A stretch of 64,000 bases of DNA from assembly GCF_032191835.1 (NCBI RefSeq), contig NC_083224.1, positions 162,998,001 to 163,062,000 on the forward strand, read 5' to 3'. The position numbers were made by a program, and so were the translations under genes. Origin of the DNA: Heteronotia binoei. Lineage: Eukaryota. Positions 38,256-50,105 of this stretch are shown piece by piece; the first letter of the stretch is position 1; each line of letters begins with the position of its first letter. Below the pieces are notes generated by a model. It saw only the letters and a list, made by a program, of their open reading frames with translations, was not told the origin of the DNA and did no database searches.

Positions 38256-38433
38256 CTCAGTCTTGTCCTTCATGTTTTTTAAAATCTACATAAAATCATT
38301 GGATGAGGTCATCTGGATATTTGGGCTGGGTTGTTGCTAATATGTGGTTAACACTGAGCTCTGTCTTGCACTTATGGCTGATCCCAAGGAGGCTGTAGGT
38401 TGTATGAAAGTTGTATATTTTAATTTGTGAGCG

Positions 38434-38635
38434 CAGGGCTTTTTTATAGCAGGAACTCCTTTGCGTATTAGGCCTGTTATGTATATTATAAGGCTGTACC
38501 ACCTTGATGTAGCCAATCTTCCAAGAGCTTACAGTAGAGCCTGTAATAACAGCCCTGCAAGCTCTTGGAGGATTAGCTACATCAGGGTGGTGTGGCCTAA
38601 TATGCAAAGGAGTTCCTGCCACAAAAAAAGCCCTA
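38434..38635. mobile_element. hAT MITE, CAGGGCTTTTT family (hairpin)
   Basis: CAGGGCTTTTTT..GCAGGAACTCCTTTGC / GCAAAGGAGTTCCTGC..AAAAAAGCCCTA. Confidence 0.8.
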
Positions 38636-39185
38636 GGTTAGCTGCCTTGGTGGCCCTTATGGGGCACAAAGGCAAGGTAAAAACTTGTTAATAATGATAA
38701 CATAATACTGATACTAAAAGAACAACAACAACAACATGTTGTGAACAATCACAAGAATCTGAGTAAATGCAATGAATTGAAAATGAGGCTCATAAGACTT
38801 GCAAAGGACATTTTCATTTAGAAGTCAACGTGGTTTTGGACAGAAACAGAGGCGAAAGCCTTCTGTACTGAATGACTCTATATGCTTTTTAAAATGTAAT
38901 CACTATAGATATTTAGTCACTGGGCACTGGTATATTCCTGGTAAATGAACCTTGATGGCTGGTGGCTACAAGCTGCACATTCTGACTCCATGGGCAGACC
39001 ATGTGCTGTTAAAGACCTGTTGCTGCTCTGAAGATTGTCTCTGTCTCTTAGGTACTTGTCTGCACCCTCATGCCTAAGTATATGTTTAGAAAGGAAATTG
39101 ATGCTCTGGTGCATGGATCAGCAGCCGTTTACAACTAAAGCGCCAACAACATTCAAATTCTAAGCAAGAAATTGACTGACAATAT

Positions 39186-39231
39186 AAGAAAGACTGTTCA
39201 CATAAATTACAAGAAAGACTGTTCACATAAA
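39186..39231. repeat. 25-bp-period tandem duplication
   Basis: AAGAAAGACTGTTCACATAAA at 39186 and 39211. Confidence 0.9.
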
Positions 39232-39249
39232 CATGACCAATAATTGACA

Positions 39250-39595
39250 TGTTTTGTTGTTCAGTCGCACAGTCGAGTCCAACTCTTTGCAACCCCATGG
39301 ACCAAGTCATGCCAAGCCCTCCTGTCTTCCACCATTCTCTGAAGTCTGCTTAAATTCATGTTAGTTACATCAGTAACACTGTCTAGCCATCTCATCTTTT
39401 GCCGTCCCCTTCTTCTTTTACCTTCTGTCTTTCCCAGCATCAGGATCTTCTCCAGTGAGTGCCCCCTTCTCATTTGGTGGCCAAAGTATTTGAGCTTCAG
39501 CTTCAGCATCTGACCTTCCAGGGAACAGTCAGTTGATTTCCCTTAGAACTGACTGATTTGATCTTCTTGCAGTGCAAGGGACTCTCAAGACTCTT
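39250..39595 (-). mobile_element. RTE-BovB LINE 3' end
   Basis: Minus ORF LKLKLKYFGHQMRRGHSLEKILMLGKTEGKRRRGRQKMRWLDSVT...RRAWHDLVHGVAKSWTRL, the characteristic BovB C-terminus, with a (CAA)-type tail. Confidence 0.92.
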
Positions 39596-39806
39596 AATAT
39601 TCCAAAAAGCTTCTGCAGTCTAAACACTAATTGTTGTGAATGAGGAAGTGTCATACATGAGGTGTCACAGTAAGTAAGAAATATACACAGGAGACCTCTG
39701 CAGAATGCTTTTTTTAAAAATGACCTGGCATAAATCTGCACATGGTTTGCACTCAGATTACTGTCAACTATTTGCTTCTCATTTCCCTTTCCCTTAAGGG
39801 TAGCCA

Positions 39807-39932
39807 CAGGGCTTTTTTTGAGCAGGAACGCACAGGAATGCAGTTCCTGCTGGCTTGGTGTCAGGCTCAGGGTGTGTGGCCTAATATGCAAATGAGTTCC
39901 TGTTGGGCTTTTTTGGAAGAAAAAAAGCCATG
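39807..39932. mobile_element. hAT MITE, CAGGGCTTTTT family
   Basis: Termini CAGGGCTTTTTTT / AAAAAAAGCCATG. Confidence 0.7.
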
Positions 39933-39961
39933 TTAGTCTGTCTGTAGAAGTAGCAAAGGGC

Positions 39962-40105
39962 AAGAGTCCAGTAGCACTTTAAGCACCAACAAAATTTGTG
40001 GCAGGGTATCACATTCTAGCTGTATCTGAAGAAGTGAGCAGTGACTCACAAAAGCTCATACCCTACCACAAATTTTGTTAGTCTTAATAATACTACTGGA
40101 CTATT
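39962..40105. mobile_element. Penelope-like element terminal remnant (inverted ends) with decayed minimal hammerhead motif
   Basis: Inverted arms AGTCCAGTAGCAC..AAAATTTGTGGCAGGGTAT / ATACCCTACCACAAATTTTGTTAGTC..TACTGGACT. Internal GTAT-CTGAAGA-AGTGAG..CTCAC-AAAA-GCTC-ATAC. Confidence 0.75.
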
Positions 40106-42523
40106 GTTCTTCCCTTTTCTGTAAAGCATCTCTTAGAAGCCCTTTAGGTCTCTAAACATTTCTGTTTGCCATTCCTACCATACACTGGACAGTCTAGCAT
40201 CCCATCTACCATTCCATTACACCTTAACATAAATATCTCCTTTTGCTTTTTTAAAAGAGCCATATTTGGTTCCATACTGAGTTGCATTTGGCTCTGGAGG
40301 CATAAGTTACATACAACTAATATATCGCACAGAGTTGTTAGAAGAACAGAATAGGAAAAACCATGTATGCTACCATGAACTACTTGGGAGAAGGGCAGAG
40401 GAAAATGTGAGAGGCTCCAAGAATGTGCCCATAATCTGCATCTGTTGTAAAGTGCAAATGTTGATTAATTTAAAAAAAAAATCCTGCCTCCTAATTAGTC
40501 TGAGGCACCTTTTAATCAATTAAGAGGTTTTCAATTGATTAATCTAACCAATTAATCAACCAAATGTTACAGACCTCACAGTAATTCAGCAATTTATAAT
40601 TCCAAAGCTTTGCATATGGATGGGATTTTAAGTAGCAATATTAAGGGCTTCCTTCTATGCTAAACATATGGGCAGTAAAGTCTTTTTTTAAGCAATGTCT
40701 CTATGGATAATTAAAACAAAACTTCATAGTGATGCTCTTCTCAGAAAGGTGAAATTGAATTCTGCCTGGTACTCAGAAGTGCTGGTGGTTATAAGATGGT
40801 CTCCTAAATGGAAAATATATGTACGGATAGCTGAGTAAATTTCTTAATACAAAATTTTTTCAAACCCTTAAGGTAAAGTAACTTGAGTTAGGACAATTTG
40901 GTTTTGTAAACTGATTTTTAATTTTAACCTATATAGGTATCGGTGCTTACTTTCCAATAATGAAACTATTGATCCAAAATGGGAAGCTTCAGAAATAAGA
41001 TAACTTACATAAAATATACTCAAAGTTTGGGTCTTCCAAACTACTTCAGATGCTATGATGCTGAACTGTTTCAGGAAGACATGTCTAAGAGCCTCCTCTG
41101 ATGTTAACTGAGTGCTACAGGAACTGCATCAGCATGCAGCTCTCTAGTTAAATTGGCAAATGCTAGTCATGAGGAGGGAGTTTACTGAGTGGCTGTTTCC
41201 AACTACTACATCAACCTCTAGAAACTTGGCTTGGTATTGCAGAAGGCTGCATGATTTATTAGGTGGTGCTACACAAGCTTGCTCATTGGCTTTATGTTTT
41301 ATCAGGCCAGGCTAGATATTTACATTACTAAACTGGAAGAGATTCCAAGGAGATATCTTCCCTCTGCACACTTGTAAAGTACTGGATTAAAACACTAAAT
41401 TCTAGGAATCAACGAAGAGCAAAATATAAGTGGCCCCCATACAATCTCTGTGAAGATAAAGCCTTCTGACAGAGAAGACAAAAGCAGGGTAGATAATTTG
41501 GACAGACTAGGTTTAGCCTGCACCATGCCCCCTTCAGGAGAAGGCTTAACTTGAACAACCACACTAGTGCCATTCCTCCCAGAGTGAGAAGGGATTCTTT
41601 CTGGAATCAGAAGATAAGACCCTTATCTGAGAACACTTTGTGATGCAATATGAGAGGTGGGGAAGGAGACAACTGCTAGGCAAGAAAGACCTGAATTAAA
41701 GATGTGTAAGCTGCCAAGCAATTCAAGTAATCTTTAGCTATGATACATCTTCCTGTCTCCCTTAGCGAGTCAAAGTAGTTGGGGTCCCAGCAGACTTTAG
41801 CCAAAAGCTGTGACCCTACAGTCTATCAGAAATAACAAACTTGACAGTACTGAACAGGTGCTCATATATCTCTCTCCAAGAAGATGCTTAATATTAATGT
41901 CATTCTAACAGCACATCAGTCTTTTTTATCAAATTCACAGCTTTTTTCCATATTGATGCAAAGGGATATGTAAACTCACACCATAAGAAAGGAGAAACGG
42001 TAAATTAGCACAAGTTAGCCACCTATCGATGAGAACAATTAAATGTCTATTTAAAATCTCTGTCTTTCACCACATGTCAGTAAGTATTATGATTAAATTC
42101 CTTTGAGATTAATTTGAGAATCTACCATTAAATTGTTCAATTGATTTCAGAGGGGCTTAAGTATGATTAGAGCCATTGGAATTAGTTTGCTATTTTGGTT
42201 CTCACTCTGAAAAGATCCCACTGGAGCTAATTGTGTCTTAATACACAACTGAAACCCAAACAACATCTATGATGCAGTATTTTTTAGCAGAGGTGCTAAT
42301 GGGAAACACAGAAGATTATTATGAGAAGTGGGAAATAATTGTGAGGAACATTTTGTTGCAATTCAGGAATAATTAATGTGTGTATAATGACTGAATCCCT
42401 AGGTGGGTGGTGTAATTATTGTGTTGGTAGAGTTTGTTCTCTCCTAGTGTTAAGGGATGTAGCACAGTAAAGACTGCCTTAAGGGATATGTTCAAGGTTG
42501 GTTCCACACAAGATATGTACCTT

Positions 42524-42695
42524 CAATACTCCCTCTAAATTGTGGAGTCTTGTGAACAAAAATTCTAGTTTGTGAGCCAAAGCATAAATTAGTTTGCTCT
42601 GGAGCAATTCTTCCTGAGCTAAGACAAAAATGTGTGAGCTGGATGCTAAGAAACTGTGAACTAGCTCATACTAACTCAGCTTAGAGGGAACATTG
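42524..42695 (-). mobile_element. hAT MITE, CAGTGTTCCCTCTAAG family
   Basis: Termini CAATACTCCCTCTAA / CTTAGAGGGAACATTG. Reverse-complement homologue of 7853-8043. Confidence 0.75.
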
Positions 42696-42704
42696 CTTCT
42701 GACC

Positions 42705-44635
42705 ATTGTGGAAGAGATGAGAAAGACTTGTACCTCACAGCAGGGTTTGACCTTTTCCCCCTTCTTGAAGATGGGGACAACATTCGCCTGCCTCCAATCT
42801 TCTGGCACCTCTCCTGCTCTCCAAGAATTCTCAAAAATAATAGCCAGAGGCTCAGAAATTACAGCCGCAAGCTCTTTTAGATCCCTTGGATGCAGTTCAT
42901 CTGGCCCTGAGGACTTAGCTTCATTTAAAGAAACTAGGTGTTTATGTACTACCCCTATGCTGATCCTAGGTTGGAACTTCATACCCTCATTATATGTTCT
43001 GTTTTTGCCATGTTGAGCACTGTTTCCCTCAGAAGCGAAGACTGAAGAAAAGTAGGAACTGAGCAGCTCTGCCCTCTCTTCATTACCTGTTACAGTTTCA
43101 TTTTCCTGCCCTCGCAATGGGGCTAGCATGTCCTTGCTCTTTTTTCTTCCTCTGAACATAAGAAAATAACCCTGTTTTGCTGTTTTTGCATCTTTGGCCA
43201 GCTTGAGCTCATACTGAGCCTTAGCTTTCCTAACTTTTTTCTCTACAAGCACTGGTGATTTGTTTATATTCATCCTTAGTTATAAGGCCCTCCTTCCAAT
43301 TCCTAAAAGAGTCTTTTTTATTTCTCAAGTCTTTAGAGAGTTGTTTATGGAGCCAACTCTGCTTCTTTAGGCTTTTTCCATTTTTTCTTCTCATAGGAAT
43401 CATCTGTGATTGTGCTTTCAGTATTTTAAGAAACCCCCTCTTGAAACCCCTTCTTCTTAAGTATTTCTGACCATGGGATTTTACCCAGCATAGTTCTAAA
43501 TTTATCGAAGTTTGTCTTTCTGAAGTCCAGCCTATAAGTCTGACTGTGTATAGCTTTTCCCTTCCCTAAGACTGTTGACAGCATTGGGTTCTTTAAGAGA
43601 GCAAAATGCTGAGTAATAGTTATGTAACTCCAGCTATACAGGATAATGCGTGTCACGAGAGTAGCATGTGCAGCTAGTTTACTAATCAATGATTGTGATT
43701 GGCTAGCTGTACTATAATAGCAGAGGTCTAACTCTCAGCCACTGTGGGTGATACGAGGAGAGGAGTACGGTGTGTGAGAGAGGAACAGTATCTTGAACTC
43801 AGACTGTTACTCTGAAGGATTGGATAAGGACTGGATAAGGATTGATGTATGGACTGGTATGTTGACTACTCTACTGGATACTGATTCTGTGCTGTTGCCT
43901 TGACTGGACTGATTATCTGTGTATGAACCTTTGGACTGCCTATAACTGCCTCTACCGCCTTTACCCCAAATATATCTGTTTAAACGGCTATTTTGGAGTT
44001 TGTCTTTTTAGCACAGCAGCTGCAGCTGCACTTATCAGAGTACTCAAACCGAAGAACTTCCCACGCACACTGCCAACTGTAAATTCCAAAATCACATGGT
44101 CACTACTGCCCAGGGTGCCCACTATTTCCACTTCTTCAGTCAATTCTTCCTTGTTGGTGAGAATCAAATTCAAGATAGCAGATCCCCTTGTTTCCTTCCT
44201 TTTGGGAAAAGGAAGTTGTCAACAGAACAAGTCAGGAATCTATTTGACCTTTCATTTTTAGCAGAGTTGGACTTCCAACCAATGTCCGGGTAATTGAAAT
44301 CTCCCATGATCACTGTATCCCTTCTCTTGGAGAACTCTGCAATCTGTTGTCGGAGTATCTCATCGAAGTCCTCTGCCTGGCTTGGTGATCTATAGCAGAC
44401 CCCCACAATAATATCACTGTTATTTCTTACTCCCAACTCAGCTGCCATGCTTACTCTCAACTGAGCTGCCATGCTTAGATCCACATATTTCCTCACAAGT
44501 ATATACCTCCTTCACATATATTGCTACCCCTCAGCCCTTTCTCATTTGTCTATCCCTTTTAAATAAGTTGTACCCCTGAATCCTAATATTCCAGTTATGT
44601 GTGTCATCCCACCAAGTTTCAGTAAGGCCTATTAT
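42705..44635 (-). mobile_element. CR1 LINE ORF2 fragment (endonuclease domain through RT N-terminal region), decayed and split by a solo LTR
   Basis: Minus strand: GLTETWWDDTHNWNIRIQGYNLFKRDR..G*GVA; IIVGVCYRSP..GDFNYPDI; LILTNKEEL..LGSSDHVILEF; LDFRKTNF; KSSGPDELHPRDLKELA..PEDWRQANVVPIFKKG. Confidence 0.93.
43576..44075 (+). mobile_element. Solo LTR, 500 bp, inserted in CR1
   Basis: TGACAG...CTGCCA termini. Perfect 5-bp TSD ACTGT at 43571-43575 and 44076-44080. Removing it restores the CR1 frame ILEFTV|LGKGKAIHSQ. Confidence 0.92.
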
Positions 44636-46877
44636 TCATGTTCTTCAGAATTTAGAGAGGAGCTGGTTCAATCTGGACTCTCCCAATGCCCTCTACTTTG
44701 GGGTGGGCTCATGGACATTGATGGGAATCTGTGCCACCGGGCCTTCCAATCTCCTGCCCCACCCTCCCCAGAGATTTCAAGAAGCCACTCTTCCTGCCTG
44801 CACATGCTCCAGGAAGCCCCAACTGCTGTTGCCCTCCTCCTTTGGCTTGTTGTCAGATGCAGCCTGTTGCTCGAGCCCCACCTCCCATCTGATATTTATG
44901 CTGAGCCTGCCAGGCTCTGAAGCTGCTGACAGGGAATTTTCAGGCATGGCCTTGCCTTTATCTCTTCCCCCACAACCTCTTGTGACTGCCTGCCTCAGCA
45001 GTGCCTGGGTGGAGCCTCAGTGGTGCTTTCTAGGGTCCCTTCTGGAGCAGGTGAGTGTGGGAATGGAGCCACTACCTTCAGACAGCTCTATCAGCGAAAT
45101 CTCTCTTCTTTTAACCAAAAGCTGACTATTATAAGGTAGGCATTAATTGTCTTCTGCAACAACAATCAAATCTAATATATTAACTTGAACATGAACTTTT
45201 TTTTTCTTGGCACCTACTATGGTTATTCTGCATTATGGTGTCCAGCTGTGTTGATAGTTAATTGTGTTGGAAAACAGAGCTGTGAAATTTGCAGCTTTTA
45301 AAAAGAAGCTCCTGAAGCCCATTGTTTTTGAATCAAAGCAGCTGCTAAGTCCTGGAAGAACTGCATAAAGACATCTGCCTGAAAAAGCTGCAGATTGCTA
45401 GAAAGTTAAAGCTGTGCAAAAAAGAGACTTGGCCACCTTTTCTGAGGACTTATATGATAAGCATTCAGAATGGTCCAGAATGACCAATGAGTTGCCTTTG
45501 GAGAGAGTTACATTAGTAAGAAAATTATTGCATGTTAGAGAGATGATATGAGCATAAATATTTAGGACAAATATTAACTCAGAAGGGATTCCTACCCTTC
45601 ATGAGCCTCACTCCCAGTTTACCACATTCTGTGCTCACTTACAGAGCTGGGCAGCTGCAGATAGATATAGGACAAGGAAAAAACCTCCTTCAGTAACAAA
45701 AATGATTTAAAAAAAAACTCCCTTTGCTTTCATGGCAATGAAAAAATTAGTGGAGAAGGTACTGGGGCTATGGGTGACTGCCTGCTTTACTGAGAAAGGG
45801 ATCACAGAGAAGGAGGCATTTGGTTCAGTGAGATCATGCAGAAAAGTTCAGTAGACTCCGAGAGATCTTGAGGAAGGCTGCACTGGGAACAAAAAATACT
45901 CAGGAAAAAGAACATTGGTCTCAAAGGAAGCCTTCTTTAATTGTATCTCCACATCTCTCTCCCCTAACCCCAGTCTTTTTAGCAGCAGCAGAGAGTCCTA
46001 CCCCTCCCAAAACAAAGGAATGAGCAGGGAAGGGAGGAAAAAGGAGCCCCAAAGCTGTATTTTCCCCCTGAATTTTATTCCTCTCATTCTTTATCCTTGA
46101 CATGATTTGGGCAAGAGGAAAGTTGGAAAAAAATGCATTCAGGGGCATTTTTTTTCTAACAGCCAAATCAGATGTTATGAGTGACAGAACATGATTCACT
46201 GTCACATGTAAGAACTTGTATAAGTGAGTTTACTCACCTAAAAAGTTATCCATTTGAAAACATAAGGGTATATTCCCACCCAGATTTTTCAGGAAGTGAA
46301 AGGAATGGCAAACTATGTGCAGATTTACACCATTGCACTACTTTAAAAAAATCATTCAGGGTGCTCCGATGTATATTTATTACTCATTATTATACCCTGG
46401 CACGCAGTTTATTGCAGATTTTCTAAGCAGTAAGCCTTTAAACTTGACTTTGGATTCTGTGCTTGCCTTACGCACCATTCTTTTTCCTCTGGTGTATTCT
46501 ACAGATACAATTTTGTTTTTAAAAAAATGTAGTGTTTTTTTTTTAAAATCAAGGTGGGAATATCACTTGTGACATGTGAAGGGTGGTGTCCAAAGCTTTT
46601 TTTTTTTGTTTTAAATTTACACAATTGCCCTATCACAGCTGAGCTGTAGCGTCCATCAAGTGCCTTCCATTCCAATCCTTGTGGTTCACATTTTGCATAT
46701 GCATTTTAGTGTTAGTCGCTTAATGAAATGGAACACAAAATAACTCAGACAAAGGGGGAAAACTTGATGTTGAAACTGACATGAGCAGCTGTGAAGTCCC
46801 ATTTTCCATATTACTGAGCACCAGGGGACTCTCTGCCATGTTATCAGCCACTGGAAAAACTAGGAAAGAGTCACATG

Positions 46878-47465
46878 GGACGTTCACACAGTGTGTTGAG
46901 TCCATGTTAAACTGACCCATTTCTCTTCCGAATATCTTTGTTCCAGATATTATCGATCAGACTGCCATATTGCAATTCGAATCACTCATCGGTGAAAATG
47001 TCTTCTGCCATCCACACGGCGGCACCATGCAGTTATTTTTTTTCCTCCACTATTATGTGCATGTGCGCATTATGTGCACATGCATATTATGTGCATATGT
47101 GTACATGCGCATAGTTAAAACATTATGTGGTTATGCGCATATCACTAAATAGTAAAAAAAAAAAAAATGGCGACCGTAAACTGGATGTCTGAGGCTCCTT
47201 TTGCTCTGGGACAGCCTTCAGACATCTGGAAGTTGGTTAATATTGCAGCAGAACTATCCAGACAAAGAAACTACAAGGTGAAACCAGAGAGCTAAAAAAA
47301 CACCTCAAAGGAGCAGGTAACAAAACAATCTGGTTCCGAGAAGGATTGGGGGCGGGGCTACCACGAGTTAATACCAGGAGGCAGATGTTGCTGTCTGTTC
47401 AGCCACTTTAAATCTGGAAGGAAACAGCAGCGACATCTGATTATACTGTGCGTCTGAATAGGGCC
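46878..47465. mobile_element. PIF/Harbinger-like MITE
   Basis: Termini GGACGTTCACAC / GTCTGAATAGGGCC, 3-bp TSD ATG. Full-length inverted homologue at 57290-57828. Confidence 0.7.
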
Positions 47466-48807
47466 ATGATCTCATAATATAGGGAAACACACTAAGTCTA
47501 CAGAATTCATGGTAGAACCCAATGACATTGGAATTATAAGCTTTGATTGTTGGCAACGTGTGTGTGTGTGTGTGTTGCATCTCCACCACACTTTGCCCAG
47601 GGCTGCAATTTGTATAGGAGAGGCAGAAGTTCTGGAGACCTTTTTCAGTCTTGTGCCATATACTTTTTTTAAAAAATGGTATTTTAGCCAATGCCCTACC
47701 ACAACTGCACAGTAATGTTAATTCCTTGCCCTCTCTTGCAGATTCATGTGGTTTTTCTCTGTGTGATTCTCTAATTTGATCCTGCATAGTATTTATGATC
47801 TTGGCAGTTTTTTAAAGTCTTTCCTGTGCTGATTGCACTCTTTCTTCCAAATTGATCAATCCCAAGTGATTCTTAAGTTTAGCGGTTTGCAGAACGTCCA
47901 TGTGGCTCAGTGCCAATTTAATGTTTGGCTTCCAGAGACTGCCAGAATGGTTCCACCTCCAAACTTTGTTCACTAAAACATTAAAAAGGAAAAGGTTTTT
48001 AACGTTTTAGGCTTCCCATCCCAGTGTCCATCCTCCCCCCTTTATTTTGTTGCATGCAGTACTGAAATCTCCCTCTCTTTTTTTACATTGGAGATGCTGT
48101 CATTTTCCTCCTTTCAAATCCCACTTTCAAATCAATACCAGCAAGGAACTAAACCTCATGCAGTTACTTTGAAACTTTCTTCTTGTTGTTTTAAATTTGT
48201 TTTATTCATTGATCTGAGACTAGTCATTCCTGCCCATCTAGCTATCTCCAGCACTATTAATAGAAGTCCAAGATGAACCACATCCTCTTGCGCAACGTTT
48301 TGATTTTCCACATTTTTTTTTAATTTAGCAACATGAGATTAGCAATAGTATCATATCAATAGACTCATACCACTTGTAAAAAAAAGTTAAAACAAGGAGG
48401 GAGAAATTTATAAATAGAGCTTGTACACTGATGAAGAGGGGACGATGGCAGAAGGTGCAGAGTGGGCAGAATGACTTTAACGTAGGCAGGGGGAGTGGCC
48501 TTTAAGGGATGGCAAAAGAACAGGGAGGAAATCCAAGGGATTCTGAATTACCTTTGGCTTGGAATTGAAACAAGAAACATTTCAGCACAAAAGTGCTCTC
48601 AGAAAACCCAGGGAAACAACAACACAGTTCATTTGTACAAATCAGTATTCTTATACTGACAAATTTATGTTTTTTTCCTCAGTAAAGTTGCTTATCAGTT
48701 TGCAAATTTATGCAGATTTAATTATCCAAGCAGCTCTAGAGCACATTTAAAATTTCGTTGACCCTTGTTTTGTAGAAATCCTTATTTTAGATATGTAGTA
48801 AAGAACA

Positions 48808-48990
48808 AGAGTCTGGTAGTATCTTAAAGACTAACAAAATTTGTGGCCGAGTATGAGCTTTTGTGAGTCACTGCTAGAATGTGAGATGTATCTGAAGAAG
48901 CGAGCTGTGACTCAGAAAAGGCTATACCGTGCCATGAATTTTGTTAGTCTTTAAGGTGCTACTGGACTTTTGCTCTTTTCTACTGCTACG
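48808..48990. mobile_element. Penelope-like element terminal remnant (inverted ends) with two decayed hammerhead copies
   Basis: Homologous to 39962-40105. Antisense half-motif at 48851-48875 and sense GTATCTGAAGAAGCGAG..CTCAGAAAAGGCTATAC at 48888-48927. Confidence 0.72.
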
Positions 48991-49710
48991 GCTATCCATC
49001 TTGGTTTATTTTAGGCATAGCATTGTTTTTACATAACCCCAGTGGATTTCAGTTGTGCAAACTTAAAGAAGGCACCTTTTTAATGAGAACCTGAACAAAA
49101 ATTCAAAGTCACACACAGAAAATATGAAAAATAAAACAAACCAAGGGACTCATTTTTAAATCATTATGCTCTTGGAGATACAGAGCCATTGCTAAATTTA
49201 TACCATTCAACAAGTAGATATACCAACATGAGTTGTAAATCACAAGTCTCACAGTAGCTGAAGATTTTAAATTTCATTGCGAAAGGCTGTCCTGCAAATC
49301 CACATGTAGCAAATATTCCTAATTAGGAGACAGATTTCTTCCTACAGGGTACTTCATTTTGGCCTCAGAGGTGTTAATAACGCTATAATAGTATAGTCCC
49401 TACAGATACACTGCACTGTCCTGTATGTAGATACAGAGTATAGAAAGAACAGAAATCATAAGCCATTTGAATGTACTTCTCATATGCCTGCTGTACTTTG
49501 GGGAAGTCTAAATCCTCCTAGATTTGCTGAGGCACCTGAGAGACAGAAATAAGGAATCATTAAACAGATTTATGTGTATATAGTAGATATATACTTATAT
49601 CCAACACCTCAAGTTTAATGGTACATGAAGTACGCTACATTTTACATGTTTTCAACTATATTAATCCTTAAAAATCTTTTAGCAATCTTCATTAAGGAAA
49701 ATACAGTTGA

Positions 49711-49988
49711 TAGCCAGTTTGGTGTAGTGGTTAAGTGCGCAGACTCTTATCTGGGAGAACCAGGTTTGATCCCCCACTCCTCCACTTGCAGCTGCTGCAA
49801 TGACCTTGAGTCAGCCATAGTTCTCGTAGTTGTCCTTGAAAGGGCAGCTGCTGTAAGAGCTCTCTCAGCCCCACCTTCCTCACAGGGTGTCTGTTTGGGA
49901 GGGGGAGGTAAAGGCAATTGTGACCGCTCTGAGACTCTGAGATTCAGAGCGATGGGTGGGATATAAATCCAATATTATCTTCTTCTTC
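49711..49988 (+). mobile_element. tRNA/CORE SINE (Squam3-like), full length
   Basis: Pol III A-box-like TGGTGTAGTGG and B-box-like GGTTTGATCCCC, CORE-like CCTCACAGGGTG, L2-type 3' end and (TCT)n tail. Confidence 0.88.
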
Positions 49989-50105
49989 ATTCCCATGCCT
50001 AACCCCCCCCCAAAAAAAACAGTGAAGTATTTGCCACTAAGCTTAAGTTACATACTAAATTAACTTCTCCTACAACACAAATTCAATGATGGCATAATTT
50101 AGGGG

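Noticed and set aside
44601-45125. 174-aa plus-strand ORF and a CAG|GTGAGT donor at 45050
   Set aside because: It is antisense to or adjacent to CR1 in GC-rich repeat-like sequence, with no recognisable protein. I could not define LTR boundaries or a TSD for the block.
49711-49790. tRNA gene
   Set aside because: The Pol III boxes belong to a SINE head. There is no complete cloverleaf, and the sequence continues into CORE and L2-type tail.
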